A DNA stretch of 63,917 nucleotides, filler included, from Neoconidiobolus thromboides FSU 785 (GCA_025603075.1; 11 parts of 11 records of this genome joined end to end with filler, not necessarily neighbours in it), one strand, 5' to 3'; shown: positions 38,484-50,894, numbered from the whole stretch's first letter. Notes: generated by a model from the sequence alone, not told the origin. Translations and numbers: made by a program.

Positions 38484-38579
38484 GGGGGTGTTTTTTTAGT
38501 TTCATTATTTTCCCATTTTTTAAACGTTATTTGAGTGGAAAGATTATAGTAAAATTCTTAAACAAAAAAACACATCCCC
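38484..38579. mobile_element. MITE copy
   Basis: AAAT/AAAT TSD. Confidence 0.92.
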
Positions 38580-38753
38580 AAATCCTTTATATTTAATATA
38601 GACCATAAGAAATCGGTTTGAATAGACTAATTTTTTTATATCAATAAAGTATATAGTCCATTATCAAAAAATAATCATAATAAATATACTACAAAAATTA
38701 AAATTAAAATCAAAATAGTTATCATTTAGCCTAGTTCTAATTATTTAATATTT

Positions 38754-38852
38754 GGTGATGTTTTTTTTGGCTTCATTACTTTTTCCATCTTTTAAGCGCT
38801 ATTTGCGTGGAAAAATTGTTAGTAAAATTCTTAAATACAAAAATACATCCCC
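38754..38852. mobile_element. MITE copy
   Basis: ATTT/ATTT TSD. Confidence 0.92.
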
Positions 38853-38890
38853 ATTTATTTTAAATAAGTTAGTATCTAAAAATAATATTT

Positions 38891-38988
38891 GGGGATATTT
38901 TTCTTAGTTTCTCATTTTTTCTGTCTTTTAGGCGCTATTTAAGCAGAAAATTTGTTAGCAGAATTCTTGAACACAAAAATACATCCCC
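38891..38988. mobile_element. MITE copy
   Basis: ATTT/ATTT TSD. Confidence 0.92.
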
Positions 38989-39087
38989 ATTTATTGCCAT
39001 ATATAATAATATTTGTAAACATAACATAAACAACTAAATTTATTTCAATATCAAACTGATCAAGTTTAATATAATTAGTTTATATAT

Positions 39088-39185
39088 GGGGGTGTTATTT
39101 TTAGTTTCCTCACTTTTCCATTTTTAAAGCGCTATTTAAGTGGAAAAGTTGCTAGTAAAATTCTTGAACATAAAAATACATCCCC
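39088..39185. mobile_element. MITE copy
   Basis: GGGGGTGT...ACATCCCC. Confidence 0.9.
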
Positions 39186-39382
39186 AGGTAATATTAAAAG
39201 ACATAAGTTTCAAAAGTTGTAAATATAAAATCAAAGTGGTAATGTTAGATTCGCAACTTTTATTTTGTTTAATAAAAAAAATCATTTTTATGATAACTTA
39301 ATAATCTAATATTATCTAATTAAAAATTGGACTCTGCTTTGACCTAACCCTAACCTCAGCCCTAACTTTGACTGTATACAAG

Positions 39383-39770
39383 TGTGAAATCTGGTACTCA
39401 GGGTTTGGAGTCAAAAACAGCTATTGCTGGGTTGACTACACTATAAGTCGAAAGGTCTTAGTTTATGTGACTAAGATAGACTCGGATTATGAGGAATAGC
39501 ATGTAATAGGCTACAAGCTATACAAGACAAATAGAATAGACAATGCTAATGTAAAATCTACGTAAAATACTATTAAGAAAACTTAGTGGCTTTATTAAAT
39601 GTTCGAGATATCAAAGAATAATTCAGTTAAAAAGCCTCGAGCTATTATATTTTAGAATCTCTTTTATACTCCGATAAGTATAAATATCAAAATGAGAGAA
39701 GAATATTCTTTGAGACGAAGATAGGAATTCTCATATCAGATCAAACTAAGAACATGGGATTGATTTTCTC
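39383..39770 (+). repeat. TG-starting dispersed repeat (possible solo LTR)
   Basis: TGTGAAATCTGGTACTCAGGGTTTGGAGTC...; colinear with the 23707 copy. Confidence 0.6.
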
Positions 39771-40132
39771 TGAACTCAAGAACACAACAGCTTAAGCGAT
39801 TGTTATGCTATAATCAACCATGGGACTGACAAAGTGATGTTTCGCAACAAGCTATCTTTCTAAGCTTTTCAAGCTGCTTAATTCTTTTGAATGACTTAAA
39901 CTATAAATGTAAACTTGATTTGGAAATTGATAGAAGAAGTTTTAGTAACTACTCTTGACTACCACTGTAGATTTTATCACTGTCAGTCTCAAGGTTGATA
40001 TTGAGTTGGGCTTTATAGAATGTATAATAAGGTGCTATTAAATTTTATAGAGTTTATTGAGGGCAATAATGGTAACAATGTGAGCTTGTGCCTGCAAATA
40101 ATCGGAAAACCAAAGATGTTCGTTATTTATAT

Positions 40133-40229
40133 GGGGATGTATATTTTTATTTAAAATTTTACTAGTAATCTTTCCACTCAAATAGTATTTAAAAAATGAA
40201 AAAGTAGTGAAATCAAAAAAAGCATCCCT
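40133..40229. mobile_element. MITE copy just downstream of LYS2
   Basis: ATAT/ATAT TSD. Confidence 0.92.
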
Positions 40230-40451
40230 ATATGTTGGCTGTTTTTAATCAGTTCTTACAAAATAGAATCCTTCCGATTGCTAATGGAATATAGCAATAT
40301 CTATATAATCGGTAGTTATAACCCTTGCTATTATTTAATAAAATATATTTTTTAACTAAGTTATAATTTAAAAATAAACAAAAAGAGATAATAATGTTTT
40401 AATTTATTTTAATATAATAATGATATAAACTTTATTTAAAAACAATCTCAT

Positions 40452-43400
40452 TTAACTACGCCCTGAACGAGAAATTAAATTAACTTTATCACCTTGTAAC
40501 TCCACTAATTTAAGTTTCCCGTCGGCTGTAGGTTGAGGAAGGAAACTTACTTTAACTAAATAAGTTAAATATAAGCTCATTAAATTTTGAATTTTATCAC
40601 ATTGAATTGATGTATTTTGAATTAATTTTAAACATTGTGTATCATCTAAAGAAGGAGCTTTAGTAGATGTAGGTAAATCATCCAAAACAAAATGTAATAA
40701 AGGATACAAAGCATTATCACTTGACTTTAAAGTCACTTCCATTAATTCATTACGCCATTCAACATAATCTAGCCATTGTAAGTTATAACCATGATCTAAT
40801 AAGCTTTGAAACAATTCATCGAATTTGAATGTGGTTGGGTTAGTCAAATGGTATACTTTACATTGATTATTAAAAGTAGTTAAATCATTAATTGATTCTA
40901 CAACTACATCAGCAACATAGTTAACTGGACACATATTTAAATCGTTAATCATTTTAGGTATTTTACCAATCTGTATACACCCCTTAACTAAACGCCATAA
41001 GAAATCGTCTGTTATTGATACTCCACTTAAACTATCACCAACAATATAGCCTGGTCTTAAGATAAAACAAGGTAATCCATTCTTCGAATAATCCATAATT
41101 AGTTTCTCACTAACCCATTTACTTTGTCCATATCCTGTCCTTAATCCGTTACTACTTCCTTCTAAATCATCTAATTCACTTACTCCTTTTAATTTGTTAT
41201 TATTAATATTATCTTCAGCTACTTTTAAATAATGATTCGTATCTAATACTGAAGTTGAAGATACAAAATAAAAGGGTTTAATATTTGATTTGTCATTTAA
41301 ACAAAAATTTAATAATTGTACAGTTGATAAGACATTACTATCCCTTAATTTATTATAAGGATAAACCCAATGTACCCAAGCACCATTATGTATAACTAAA
41401 TCTATCTTTTGTTTTAATAAATTGAACTCATCGTCTTCAATACCAAAATTATTTGTTAAACCTAAATCTCCTTTAATTGGAATAATTTGCTGTTCATAAT
41501 TTGATTGATAAATTTGATGTGACTTTAAATTATTAATGATTCTTAATTTAACATCACTTTTATCTTTACCACGTGATAAACAATAAACATTAGCTGTTGG
41601 ATATTTAATTAATAATCCTTTTAATATAAAAGCACCTAAAAATCCAGTAGCACCCGTTAATAGTATATTTAAATTATTATGATCTAGCTGTTTAACTTTG
41701 ACGTCTTTAATAAATTGAGTTTGACTTAATAACTCTAAATAATCTTTTTGATAAAACTCGTCTTCAGTTGAATTTTGGTCATTTTGATTTTCTTGTTTAA
41801 CATTAGAATTCATTGCAATATTTAAATCTAATTCCTGTAATCCTTGAATAGAATTAGCTAACCCTTTAATAGTTGGAGATTGAAATAATAAATTCAAAGG
41901 TACATTAACACCAAATTTTTGTCTTATTTTGAATATTAATCTTGTAGCTAATATAGAATGACCTCCTAATTCAAAGAAATTATCTTCCAATTTGATTGGT
42001 TGCTGTGGGTTTAATACTTCAATAAATAATTCATAAATAGCAGTTTCGTTACGGTTCATTTCTTCATTAGGTTGATGTTGATTAATATTGGATGATTTCA
42101 ATGTATCTGGGAAAGGTAATGCATTTTTATCTACTTTACCATTGGGTGTTAAGGGCATTTTAATTAAGGGTACCATTACTTTAGGTATTGAATAATTGGG
42201 CAACTTTTGTCTTAAATAATCTTTCAGTTCATTAATTATTTGAAATTGATCTTCATTGTTATTATCATTTTCAATAACAAAATAAGTAACTAAAGTTTGT
42301 TCTTCATTTTGGTCTCTTCTAACTAAAGTAACATTTTCTCTTACCCTTGGATGTTGAGAAAGATGTGTATCAATTTCACCTAATTCAATTCTAAAACCTC
42401 TTATTTTAACTTGATCATCTGCACGTCCAATACATTCCACAGTACCATCTGGTAAATATCTACCCAAATCACCACTTTTATACATTCTATCTCTTTTACC
42501 TTTATAATAATTTAATTTGTTATTACTATTATCTTCATTATTAATTTCATCTTTAGTAAACCAATTTAATAAAAACTTTTGATCAGTAACTTCAGGTAAA
42601 CCTAAATAACCTTCTGATAATCCACTACTACGAACGTAAATTTCACCAACTTCACCAATACCACACATTCTAGGTAATTCGCTATCTTTTCTTACTTGTA
42701 CAATTAATAGTTGGACATTATTCATACCAGTACCTGCAGGCAATACATCTTTAGCAGATACTAAGAAGGAAGGATGTTCGTTAACTGAAGGTACTTTGAA
42801 ATAACTAACTGCACGTTGAGTTTCAGTTGTACCATACATATTAATAATAGTACAATTAGGAGCAAAAGATTGTAATCTCAAACAATCTCTTTTAGTTAAT
42901 ATATCCCCCACAAAAAATACACTTTTTAATGTTGGAATAACAGTAGTAGCATTAGTAGATAACAATTGTCCCATAGCAGGTGTTAAATGAGATATAGTCA
43001 CTTGATTATCTTTCATCCAATTAGCCAATAAACCTGGTGTAGCTATAATTTCTTGATCTGGTATTCTCAATTCACTACCAAAAAAGAATGGAGTAAAGAT
43101 ATCTCTTTGAATAGGATCATGAGCAATACCAGATAACATAGTAAATCGATCATTTTCAGTTATATTAAATTCTTCACCCATCCATGGATAAAAATGAGTT
43201 AATGAAAAATGACGACCACGTACACCTTTTGGTATTCCAGTACTACCACTAGTAAAAGATAATGTTGCTATTGAATCAGGTCCTAATTCAATTTTTGGTG
43301 AATTATCTTGTTGAGTTATATCAAACTGCGTCGATTGTCCATCTTCTCCTATGTAACTTAAATTACCAATATCATCCATTTCTAAACCAATTATTTGACC

Positions 43401-44621
43401 ACGCAAGCTTAATTCTTTATTAATATAATCTTTAACACTATCAATCAAATCGCCTGCTTTTTTTAATACTAATATACATTTAGGCTGGGCTACTGATAAA
43501 TAAACTTGTTGTCTATCTGGTGGATAAGCTGGATCGATTACATTAAATGTTAACCCAGCTTTTAATATAGCCATAATAGAAATAACTAAATCAACACCAC
43601 GATAAGCATAAATAGTTACGACTTCTTCTCTTTCAAGACCTAATTCTATAAATTTATTAGCTATTAGATTAGTAGCTCGATTGATTGTTTGATAATTATA
43701 ACTACGAGTTTGAAATTTTTCAGTTCCAGATAAACATAAAGTTTCTAAAATACAACTACGATCTGGATGCTTATTAGCATTATTAGTAAAAATATCAGTA
43801 ATAGCCCCCTTAAAATCTTTCCATCCCAAATCTTTTTTTGGGTTAGGTATAATTGATAGACATTTCTCAGTTACTAATTGTACATCTTTAATTAATATTT
43901 TGGAGTTTTCTAACACTTGAGATAAAATTAATTCTAGTTGATTCATCATAATTTCCATTCTTTTACTTGAAAATAAAGTTTGATTATAAATTAACTTAAT
44001 ACTAATTGAAGGTAAAAAGTTTCTTAAAGATTGAGAAGGATTGGAAGTAATTGTGATAGTCAAATCATTTGTACTTAAAGTTTGATTTAATGTATCTATT
44101 GTAGTATCACTTTGGTTAAAAAATCTTACTCTAAATAAAGGTGGAATAGAATCTTTTTGTTTATCATTAGTGGTAGGATAAAGATGATTAAATAATTCAT
44201 TAAAAGGCACTTCATTTTCTGAAGCTTCACATTCCACCTGGTGCATTCTATTTAACAAGTCTTCAAAACTTAATTCTTTATCAATACCTAATCTCAATAC
44301 CAAAGGATTAGAGCTAGTAGATGAGCTACCAATAGTAATATCTTCTTCCCCTGTATAACTGTGTAGTAATAAAGCAAAGGCAGACATTAGATATATAAAA
44401 GGAGATATGGTACTACCGTCTGAATTCACTTGCATCATAGAGTATTGATAAATTTTTAAACCTAACGATTGTTGTAGGGGATAATCTAATATAGCTTCAA
44501 CATATCGATTAGGATAGGGACGAGGGTAATCCATAGGTAATTGAAATTCAGTTAAGTTACCTAATTTACTTTCCCAAAATTCTAACTTTTGGTTATCACT
44601 GGCAGGCGCGACGGCGGTCAT
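40452..44621 (-). CDS. LYS2: L-2-aminoadipate reductase (A-T-R), single exon, 1389 aa
   Basis: FTSGSTGIPKGV, HDPIQRD, YGTTETQR, YKSGDLGRY, QVKIRGFRIELGEI, NFFELGGHSI (phosphopantetheine Ser), ILLTGATGFLG, GYGQSKWVSE. Confidence 0.97.
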   Translation of the reverse strand: MTAVAPASDNQKLEFWESKLGNLTEFQLPMDYPRPYPNRYVEAILDYPLQQSLGLKIYQYSMMQVNSDGSTISPFIYLMSAFALLLHSYTGEEDITIGSSSTSSNPLVLRLGIDKELSFEDLLNRMHQVECEASENEVPFNELFNHLYPTTNDKQKDSIPPLFRVRFFNQSDTTIDTLNQTLSTNDLTITITSNPSQSLRNFLPSISIKLIYNQTLFSSKRMEIMMNQLELILSQVLENSKILIKDVQLVTEKCLSIIPNPKKDLGWKDFKGAITDIFTNNANKHPDRSCILETLCLSGTEKFQTRSYNYQTINRATNLIANKFIELGLEREEVVTIYAYRGVDLVISIMAILKAGLTFNVIDPAYPPDRQQVYLSVAQPKCILVLKKAGDLIDSVKDYINKELSLRGQIIGLEMDDIGNLSYIGEDGQSTQFDITQQDNSPKIELGPDSIATLSFTSGSTGIPKGVRGRHFSLTHFYPWMGEEFNITENDRFTMLSGIAHDPIQRDIFTPFFFGSELRIPDQEIIATPGLLANWMKDNQVTISHLTPAMGQLLSTNATTVIPTLKSVFFVGDILTKRDCLRLQSFAPNCTIINMYGTTETQRAVSYFKVPSVNEHPSFLVSAKDVLPAGTGMNNVQLLIVQVRKDSELPRMCGIGEVGEIYVRSSGLSEGYLGLPEVTDQKFLLNWFTKDEINNEDNSNNKLNYYKGKRDRMYKSGDLGRYLPDGTVECIGRADDQVKIRGFRIELGEIDTHLSQHPRVRENVTLVRRDQNEEQTLVTYFVIENDNNNEDQFQIINELKDYLRQKLPNYSIPKVMVPLIKMPLTPNGKVDKNALPFPDTLKSSNINQHQPNEEMNRNETAIYELFIEVLNPQQPIKLEDNFFELGGHSILATRLIFKIRQKFGVNVPLNLLFQSPTIKGLANSIQGLQELDLNIAMNSNVKQENQNDQNSTEDEFYQKDYLELLSQTQFIKDVKVKQLDHNNLNILLTGATGFLGAFILKGLLIKYPTANVYCLSRGKDKSDVKLRIINNLKSHQIYQSNYEQQIIPIKGDLGLTNNFGIEDDEFNLLKQKIDLVIHNGAWVHWVYPYNKLRDSNVLSTVQLLNFCLNDKSNIKPFYFVSSTSVLDTNHYLKVAEDNINNNKLKGVSELDDLEGSSNGLRTGYGQSKWVSEKLIMDYSKNGLPCFILRPGYIVGDSLSGVSITDDFLWRLVKGCIQIGKIPKMINDLNMCPVNYVADVVVESINDLTTFNNQCKVYHLTNPTTFKFDELFQSLLDHGYNLQWLDYVEWRNELMEVTLKSSDNALYPLLHFVLDDLPTSTKAPSLDDTQCLKLIQNTSIQCDKIQNLMSLYLTYLVKVSFLPQPTADGKLKLVELQGDKVNLISRSGRS

Positions 44622-46089
44622 TTTTGAGATTATGTATTTTTTATTAGTTTAACTTATTTATTTTAATAAAAATTTTAGATATAAAACACAATTTCGTGAT
44701 TTATATACTTTTTTATCTTGCTTTTTTCCACACCTTGGAATGAGGTGGCAGAGTACTCTTTAACTATTTTTAGTAATTGGAAAATTAACTCATTGAACAT
44801 TGAAAGTCTATGTTTTCTTATTAAGTTTATAGATGATAGATACAGGAGTTTATTCAAGGTTATTATGATAAACAATAAAAATACTTAAAACATTGCTAAA
44901 AACAACATTTATACAGTTATATTATATTATAGTAGTTTAAGTTATTCTATTTTACGTCGTTATATGTTAAATGCTATGTGATAATCTTTTATCTAAAGTT
45001 TGCATTTTTAATGATGACTCATAATTTTTCAACTATTAAAATTTTCTAATTAATCAATTTGATATCTCATTCAGAGTTAGTCACCTTTTATTTAAAAATA
45101 AATTAATTTAAAATATTAGTCATTTAATATCGATTTTTTTATAGCAATGCTTTAATTAAGTATAAAATACATGATAGAACTAGAAGGGTATACTGGCTAG
45201 GAAGTTGCGATTGTGTTTCTTTATGAAAAAAATAGTTGACTAGTTTTTAATCGGAATAGGTAGTCACATTATGAATAAAATTAATTGTTTTTTGATTAAA
45301 CTTTGATTTTTAAAGATAAAATTAGTTGTACAAAATATTGAATTTAATATTAAAAACATAAAATACATTTATAACTTCTTATAAAATAAACTTAACTACC
45401 TTAATAAAAAGTAATTGTTAAATGTCCCAGTTTTATTTTATGAGTTATATTTATTACTATTTGGTTAAAATATTTTTTTATTAAAAATTTTGATTAAAAA
45501 CTTTTCAATTTTTCAACTGCTTAAAAGTGAACAAAATAACAAAGTAAAAATAATTCCAAATCCTATTTTTAAAAAAGATTGCTTACGTTTTTAAGCTAAA
45601 ATACAATTTACAAGCATTCAAAAGCAGTTTTATCTTTTAAAAATTTAAACTATCTTCTAGCCTTATTTGAACCCAAAAATAAAGTACAGGATTAATATCA
45701 ATGCAATCGTGAAAGACAATCAGGACAAATGGCGATTTAATATCTGATAAGGAGCAATTTAATCTTAATTATTAAATTATTTTTCGAATTGCTCATTAAA
45801 ATGCTATAGGTAATCTTTTGTATTAACATTTAAATTATAAACCTAATTCTTAAAATGAATTATTTTTCAGTTTAGTCCTTTATGTCAAAATGAACAAGTA
45901 AACAAGATAATGACAAAAAATAGAGTAGTAGCACTTCAATCCATAATATAACAAGTAGTAAGGATAAAATGTATAAATTTATAATAACAAGTGAAAAGAT
46001 AACTAATGATAAGCCTAAACCCTAAGCTCCAAAGCTAATTAAAAAAATAAATGTTGAGATTAAAAAACATAATACAAATTAGTGGATGA

Positions 46090-46468
46090 AGAAAGAATAA
46101 ACTTGAAAGAAGTCATCTGAAAGGTTAAGTATTAAATACAATACCACAAAATCATTTTCGACTCTTAAAAGAGAACGATTGAAATTATTAATTAGAGCGG
46201 AAAAGGTTGGAACTCAAAATTAAAATAAAACAATTGCGTTACAGGATAATAGTAAGATCATAAACGCTAGATGGTATATATAAATAAGCAGAAAGGAGAA
46301 AAATCAAGACTTCTTAATGGCTTTGGAGAACATAAGAAAATTGGTGTTGAAATTAAAAACAAATTAATCATATTAGCCATGTACCATACTATACCTGTAA
46401 AAGAAGCAGCCCATAAACTACCTATTAATTATAGTGCGTATATAGTATTCTTTATCAGGAGAAAATAA
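46090..46468 (+). pseudogene. Second decayed HTH-repeat (transposase-like) remnant
   Basis: LSIKYNTTKSF and KLIILAMYHTIPVKEAAHKLPINYS resemble the HTH repeats at 34800-35330. Confidence 0.35.
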
Positions 46469-46505
46469 GGTTAAAAGAAGTATAAAACAGAAGAAAGAAG
46501 GATAT

Positions 46506-46603
46506 GGGGCTGTTTTTTTTAGTTTCAGTATTTTTCCATTTTTTAAGCGTTATTTATGTGGAAAAATTGTCAGTAAAATTCTTAAATACAAAAATACATC
46601 CCC
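46506..46603. mobile_element. MITE copy
   Basis: ATAT/ATAT TSD. Confidence 0.92.
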
Positions 46604-47278
46604 ATATGGTAGAAAATAATGAAATATAATCAAAAGGTGGAGTAGTTTTAAGGGCTTAATTACTTAATCTCAGTTTGTAATCAATTGTGAGGCGGAAGCT
46701 AATTTAATTAAGCTCATAAATAAATATACAAAGTCTATTAGAAAGACAGTCAAAACGTTATTTATTGATTATGATTTAGTAGAGTATATTTTTGATTCAA
46801 GAAAATTAAAGATTGAGATGAGGCAGTAAGTATAGTGTAGCTAAAATCTAAGATAACAATAATAGTTAAACTGCTAAAACAGTAACTAAAATGAGCTAGA
46901 AGTTGAAATTTTTTTAATAAACTATTTATTTATAAAAGAAAATTGAAAGGAAGTAGTGAAGATACTACTAGTTGACCTTAATATTATAATACAGCAATAC
47001 TTAAATAAAGTCTATTTGCATTAACTAAATTCAAAATGATTTTGAATTTTATCTCTTATTCAATTTTTGAAGTTAAAATTTAATTTATTCAAGTTAAAAA
47101 AATCATACTATAGGTATACATTAATACAATATAAGATATTTTCAATATATACTATATATTCGATTAGAAGTCTAGGTTGTAAAACAGTGATGTTTTTGTT
47201 CAATTTAGGTTGATTTTTAACTTTTTAAACTGTCAAAAAAGTAAACAATCTATAAGAGCCAATTAATGGAAACTTTGT

Positions 47279-47525
47279 CTAAATACATACTCCCCCATTT
47301 AAAAGGGTAGTACGCACACTTAAGTCATCATGTAATAGCTCTTTAGCTGGAATATCCAACCATGATTTCTTAACTATAATAAAATCTGCTAATTTTCCTA
47401 TCTCAATAGATCCAATCTAAATAAAAGCCAGTTAAAATTACTATTGTTTGAAATTGTTTAGTTTTACTTCATTCTCTTTAAATGCTGAAAAAGCAGCATC
47501 AATTGTAAATCCTTTTAGGGCCTGA
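47279..47525 (-). CDS. Amidohydrolase-3 C-terminal exons, inverted near-identical duplicate of 33349-33593, gap-truncated
   Basis: The reverse complement is almost identical to the + copy, including the intron; the last ~14 codons diverge (DDLSVRTTLLNGGVCI*). Confidence 0.8.
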
Positions 47526-48917
47526 NNNNNNNNNNNNNNNNNNNNNNNNNNNNNNNNNNNNNNNNNNNNTTAATTAATTAANNNNNNNNNNNNNNNNNNN
47601 NNNNNNNNNNNNNNNNNNNNNNNNNTCAGTCAATAACAATAAAACAGGTTTTTATTTTAATTGATGATCCATTCATTTAGCCTTTATATATTTTATACGA
47701 TAAATTGACTCAAAGGTATAATTATAATAATGAAAATAAGAATATTGAACTTTTACACTAATTTGATATACTACAATAAAAAAACAGATCACCAAAATTA
47801 AATGAACCTTATCCATTTTTTTATTACTAATGTCTGAAGTTCTATATTAAAGTTTCTATAACAAGTACTTTCCTATTTAGTTATCATCATAATAAACGCG
47901 ACTAACTGTAAATTTACCATATTTTCAACCTATAGTGCAGAAAAAATCAAACCTAAACCTTTACCAACATACCCTCCCATAACGCCTTAGATGTGTTCAG
48001 ATTAGATAATGAAGTAATCAATTTAAAGACAGTTCCGTAGCAATTTAAAGCTAACGACTCTTATTATTTTTCTGTTACATTGATTCAAGCAAAACATAAA
48101 CTAAGTTCAAATTCCAAAAATTTATATAGAATATTCTCACATAATCAGATTCCCTAAACACAATTTCCACTCAATACAGCTTTTAGATACTTTAGGTCTT
48201 AGATATATACCAATAACTCTACCCAAGGTCTTCATAGTAAAACAAAAAGTATATGTGCAGCATTCAAAATTCAACAAAAGCAAGTCTTTTATGTGGGATT
48301 AAATATGTGTAAACTTTAAAAACTCTAAGCCAAATATTAAATCTAAATTTAAACATATCATTTCCACAATCTTTTTTATGATCCAAGTGACACTTGCACG
48401 ATAGTTCTTCATAAAAGTCCTTCAATCATTTCAAAACCACCATTTCCTTCTAATCTTAAATAGAAAACTAAATATCATAGTTAAATGGATTTCACTAGAT
48501 TCTATTTTTACATTATGTACAACATTATGATAATATTAAATCTACTACTACTTATACATTACTACATCTTTTTTCAGCTTAAGTAAAAAATATAACTAAT
48601 AATCATATTATCTCCCAAACTTAACGAGTTCAGCTCAAATTTTAGCTAATCTACGATATCCTATAAAATGTTAACTGGGACTTCTAAAATTTAATACTTC
48701 ATCCCATCACATCTTAAACTTAATACGTGTATTATCTCCTAGTTCACTGCAATTTCCACTTTATCCAACCTCCATAGAAATTCTATGTCAAGTTTTGCTT
48801 TCTAAAATTTCTTCCATACATGAATTTAAATTTAAATTTAAATAAAAGACTAAAGCTGTAATAACTACTCATAAACATTGCTTATTTACTAAAACTGGCT
48901 TATCCTAGGGAAGAGAT

Positions 48918-49014
48918 GGGGATGTATTTTTGTGTTTAAGAATTTTACTGACAATTTTTCCGCTTAAATAGCGCTTAAAAAATGGAAAAAACAATGAAGT
49001 CAAAAAACACTCCC
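48918..49014. mobile_element. MITE copy
   Basis: AGAT/AGAT TSD; internal GT(48924)...TACTGAC...AG(48971). Confidence 0.92.
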
Positions 49015-49144
49015 AGATAGTAGTAACTCGAATAAGTTTCTAGTTGACTTGGTGCTTTTATTCTTTATCTTTAGTTGTTTTATTTAAGTTGCTAAATCAC
49101 TTTTGTCTATTCCTGAAATTAGGCTTATTTTGAATACAGGATAT

Positions 49145-49256
49145 GGGGTTGTCTGAATTAGTTTCATTATTTTATCCAATTTAAATATTTTGTATTTTAG
49201 AAACTTTGCTTAAGAGTCTATAAAATCAAATTTTTTATCAAAATAAAAGTACCCAG
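49145..49256. mobile_element. End (type B) of a second GGGG-TIR element running into a gap
   Basis: GGGGTTGTCTGAATTAGTTTC...; reverse-complement match to 59031-59098. Confidence 0.65.
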
Positions 49257-49536
49257 NNNNNNNNNNNNNNNNNNNNNNNNNNNNNNNNNNNNNNNNNNNN
49301 TTAATTAATTAANNNNNNNNNNNNNNNNNNNNNNNNNNNNNNNNNNNNNNNNNNNNATTAAAATTTTCAAAAATTCGATTTCGAAGTTTAATTGTGAAAG
49401 TGTATTTTATTTTTATTTCAACAAAAAATAAAGTCAAATAACTCTATTTATGTAATTATATATTATATATAGTAAAAAAATAGACTTTTATTGTAAAAAA
49501 GGAAAGTGGAAAAATGAATTTATAATTACAATAAAT

Positions 49537-49632
49537 GGGGATACGTTTTCTTTTTAAGAATTTTATTAATAATCTTTCGACTCAAATAGAGTGCTTAAAA
49601 ATGAAAAAAGTGATGAAGGCAAAAAACATTGT
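49537..49632. mobile_element. MITE copy, right end degenerate
   Basis: GGGGATAC..., core present. Confidence 0.8.
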
Positions 49633-49845
49633 ATATTTCAATGAAAAACAATGAAAAACAATTGATAATTTGAGACTAAATGGTAAGTTTTCATATAAAA
49701 GGAAAAAGTGGCCCATGGGTGAGCATTATGTTTTTTTGGCTAGATTTAAAGATAGTATTTTAGTAAGATTATATAAAAAAATACAGTCTACATTTTATTA
49801 TCATAGCATATTTATTCTGCTTATTGAAATATTTTTTATATAAAT

Positions 49846-49944
49846 GGGAATGTTTTTTTGACTTTAGTATTTTTTCCATTTTTTAACTACTATTTAAAGC
49901 GGAAAATTTGTTAGTAAAATTCTTAAACACAAAAATACATCCCC
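49846..49944. mobile_element. MITE copy
   Basis: AAAT/AAAT TSD. Confidence 0.92.
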
Positions 49945-50309
49945 AAATACTCAAATTCTTGGAATATGAAAAGATTACATAATAGTAATAAACAACAAAA
50001 ATGCAGTGCCATTTTTAAGACAAGATGCTAAACCCACTGAATGTAATTTAATTTTATAATAAAGACTAACCTAACCTTACCTAATTGAGTTTGTTAAAAA
50101 AATTTATTGATTTTTTTTTACTTGAGCTTTCTAATAATTTTGATTATCATAAACAGCTATAGCTTTTAATTACAAGATTAAAGCTTTTAAAGTTGGTATT
50201 GATATCATTTCGACTTACTCAGAAGCAATAATGATGTAAATGGATTTATAAAAAATGTTATATTAATACTATTTTTAGACATTATAAAATTAGAGGTAAT
50301 TAATTATAT

Positions 50310-50408
50310 GGGGGATGTCGATATATCTCTTTTTGTTTGAGAAATTTATCGACATTTTTTTAGCTCAATAGCGCTTAAAAAAAGAAATATGAATCCAAAA
50401 AAACATCC
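50310..50408. mobile_element. MITE copy, degenerate
   Basis: GGGGGATGT...AAACATCC, core CTCAATAGCGCTTAAAA. Confidence 0.8.
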
Positions 50409-50894
50409 ATATTTCACAGGACTTAACTTCAATTGTAACAGGAGTAATGTTACTTATTAAAATAAATAATATTTTTAGCTTTGGAATAAGTAGAACTTTA
50501 TACAACTATTACAGTCAATAAATTTTCAAGTTTTGACAGGTAAAACAATATAATTATAACATAACAATAGGATATCCCATCCTGCCAGAACTTCCCTCAA
50601 GAAAGGTACTATTATAAGATATCATTCCATTATATTAACCTAAATTTAATTTGATTATTAATTGACCTTTTTATATAACAAAATAATAGTTGGTTGATTA
50701 GTTTTATAATTTATTAAACTATATATGGGGATGTATTTTTTTGTTTAAAATAGCTACAAGGGTTCTCCAATTTTAGCTACTGTCATTTCATATAAGCTAA
50801 GCTAATAGCAATTATACTGGGGAGCGGGTTTGTCTAATAAAAATTTTACTAAACTGATTTCTTTTTATAAAAAAACGTGAGATATTGTGTTGTG

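Noticed and set aside
38199-39185. CRISPR-like repeat-spacer appearance of clustered ~97-bp repeats
   Set aside because: The repeats are too long and diverged, spacers vary several-fold, copies have individual TSDs, the host is eukaryotic and no cas genes are present.
39343-39366. CCTAACCCTAACC telomere-like motif
   Set aside because: Only about two units, compatible with chance.
40452-44621. Intronless LYS2 and PUT1 among intron-rich neighbours as a sign of horizontal transfer or retroposition
   Set aside because: Composition and codon style match the host, both are standard fungal-type enzymes, and no poly-A or TSD relics are visible.
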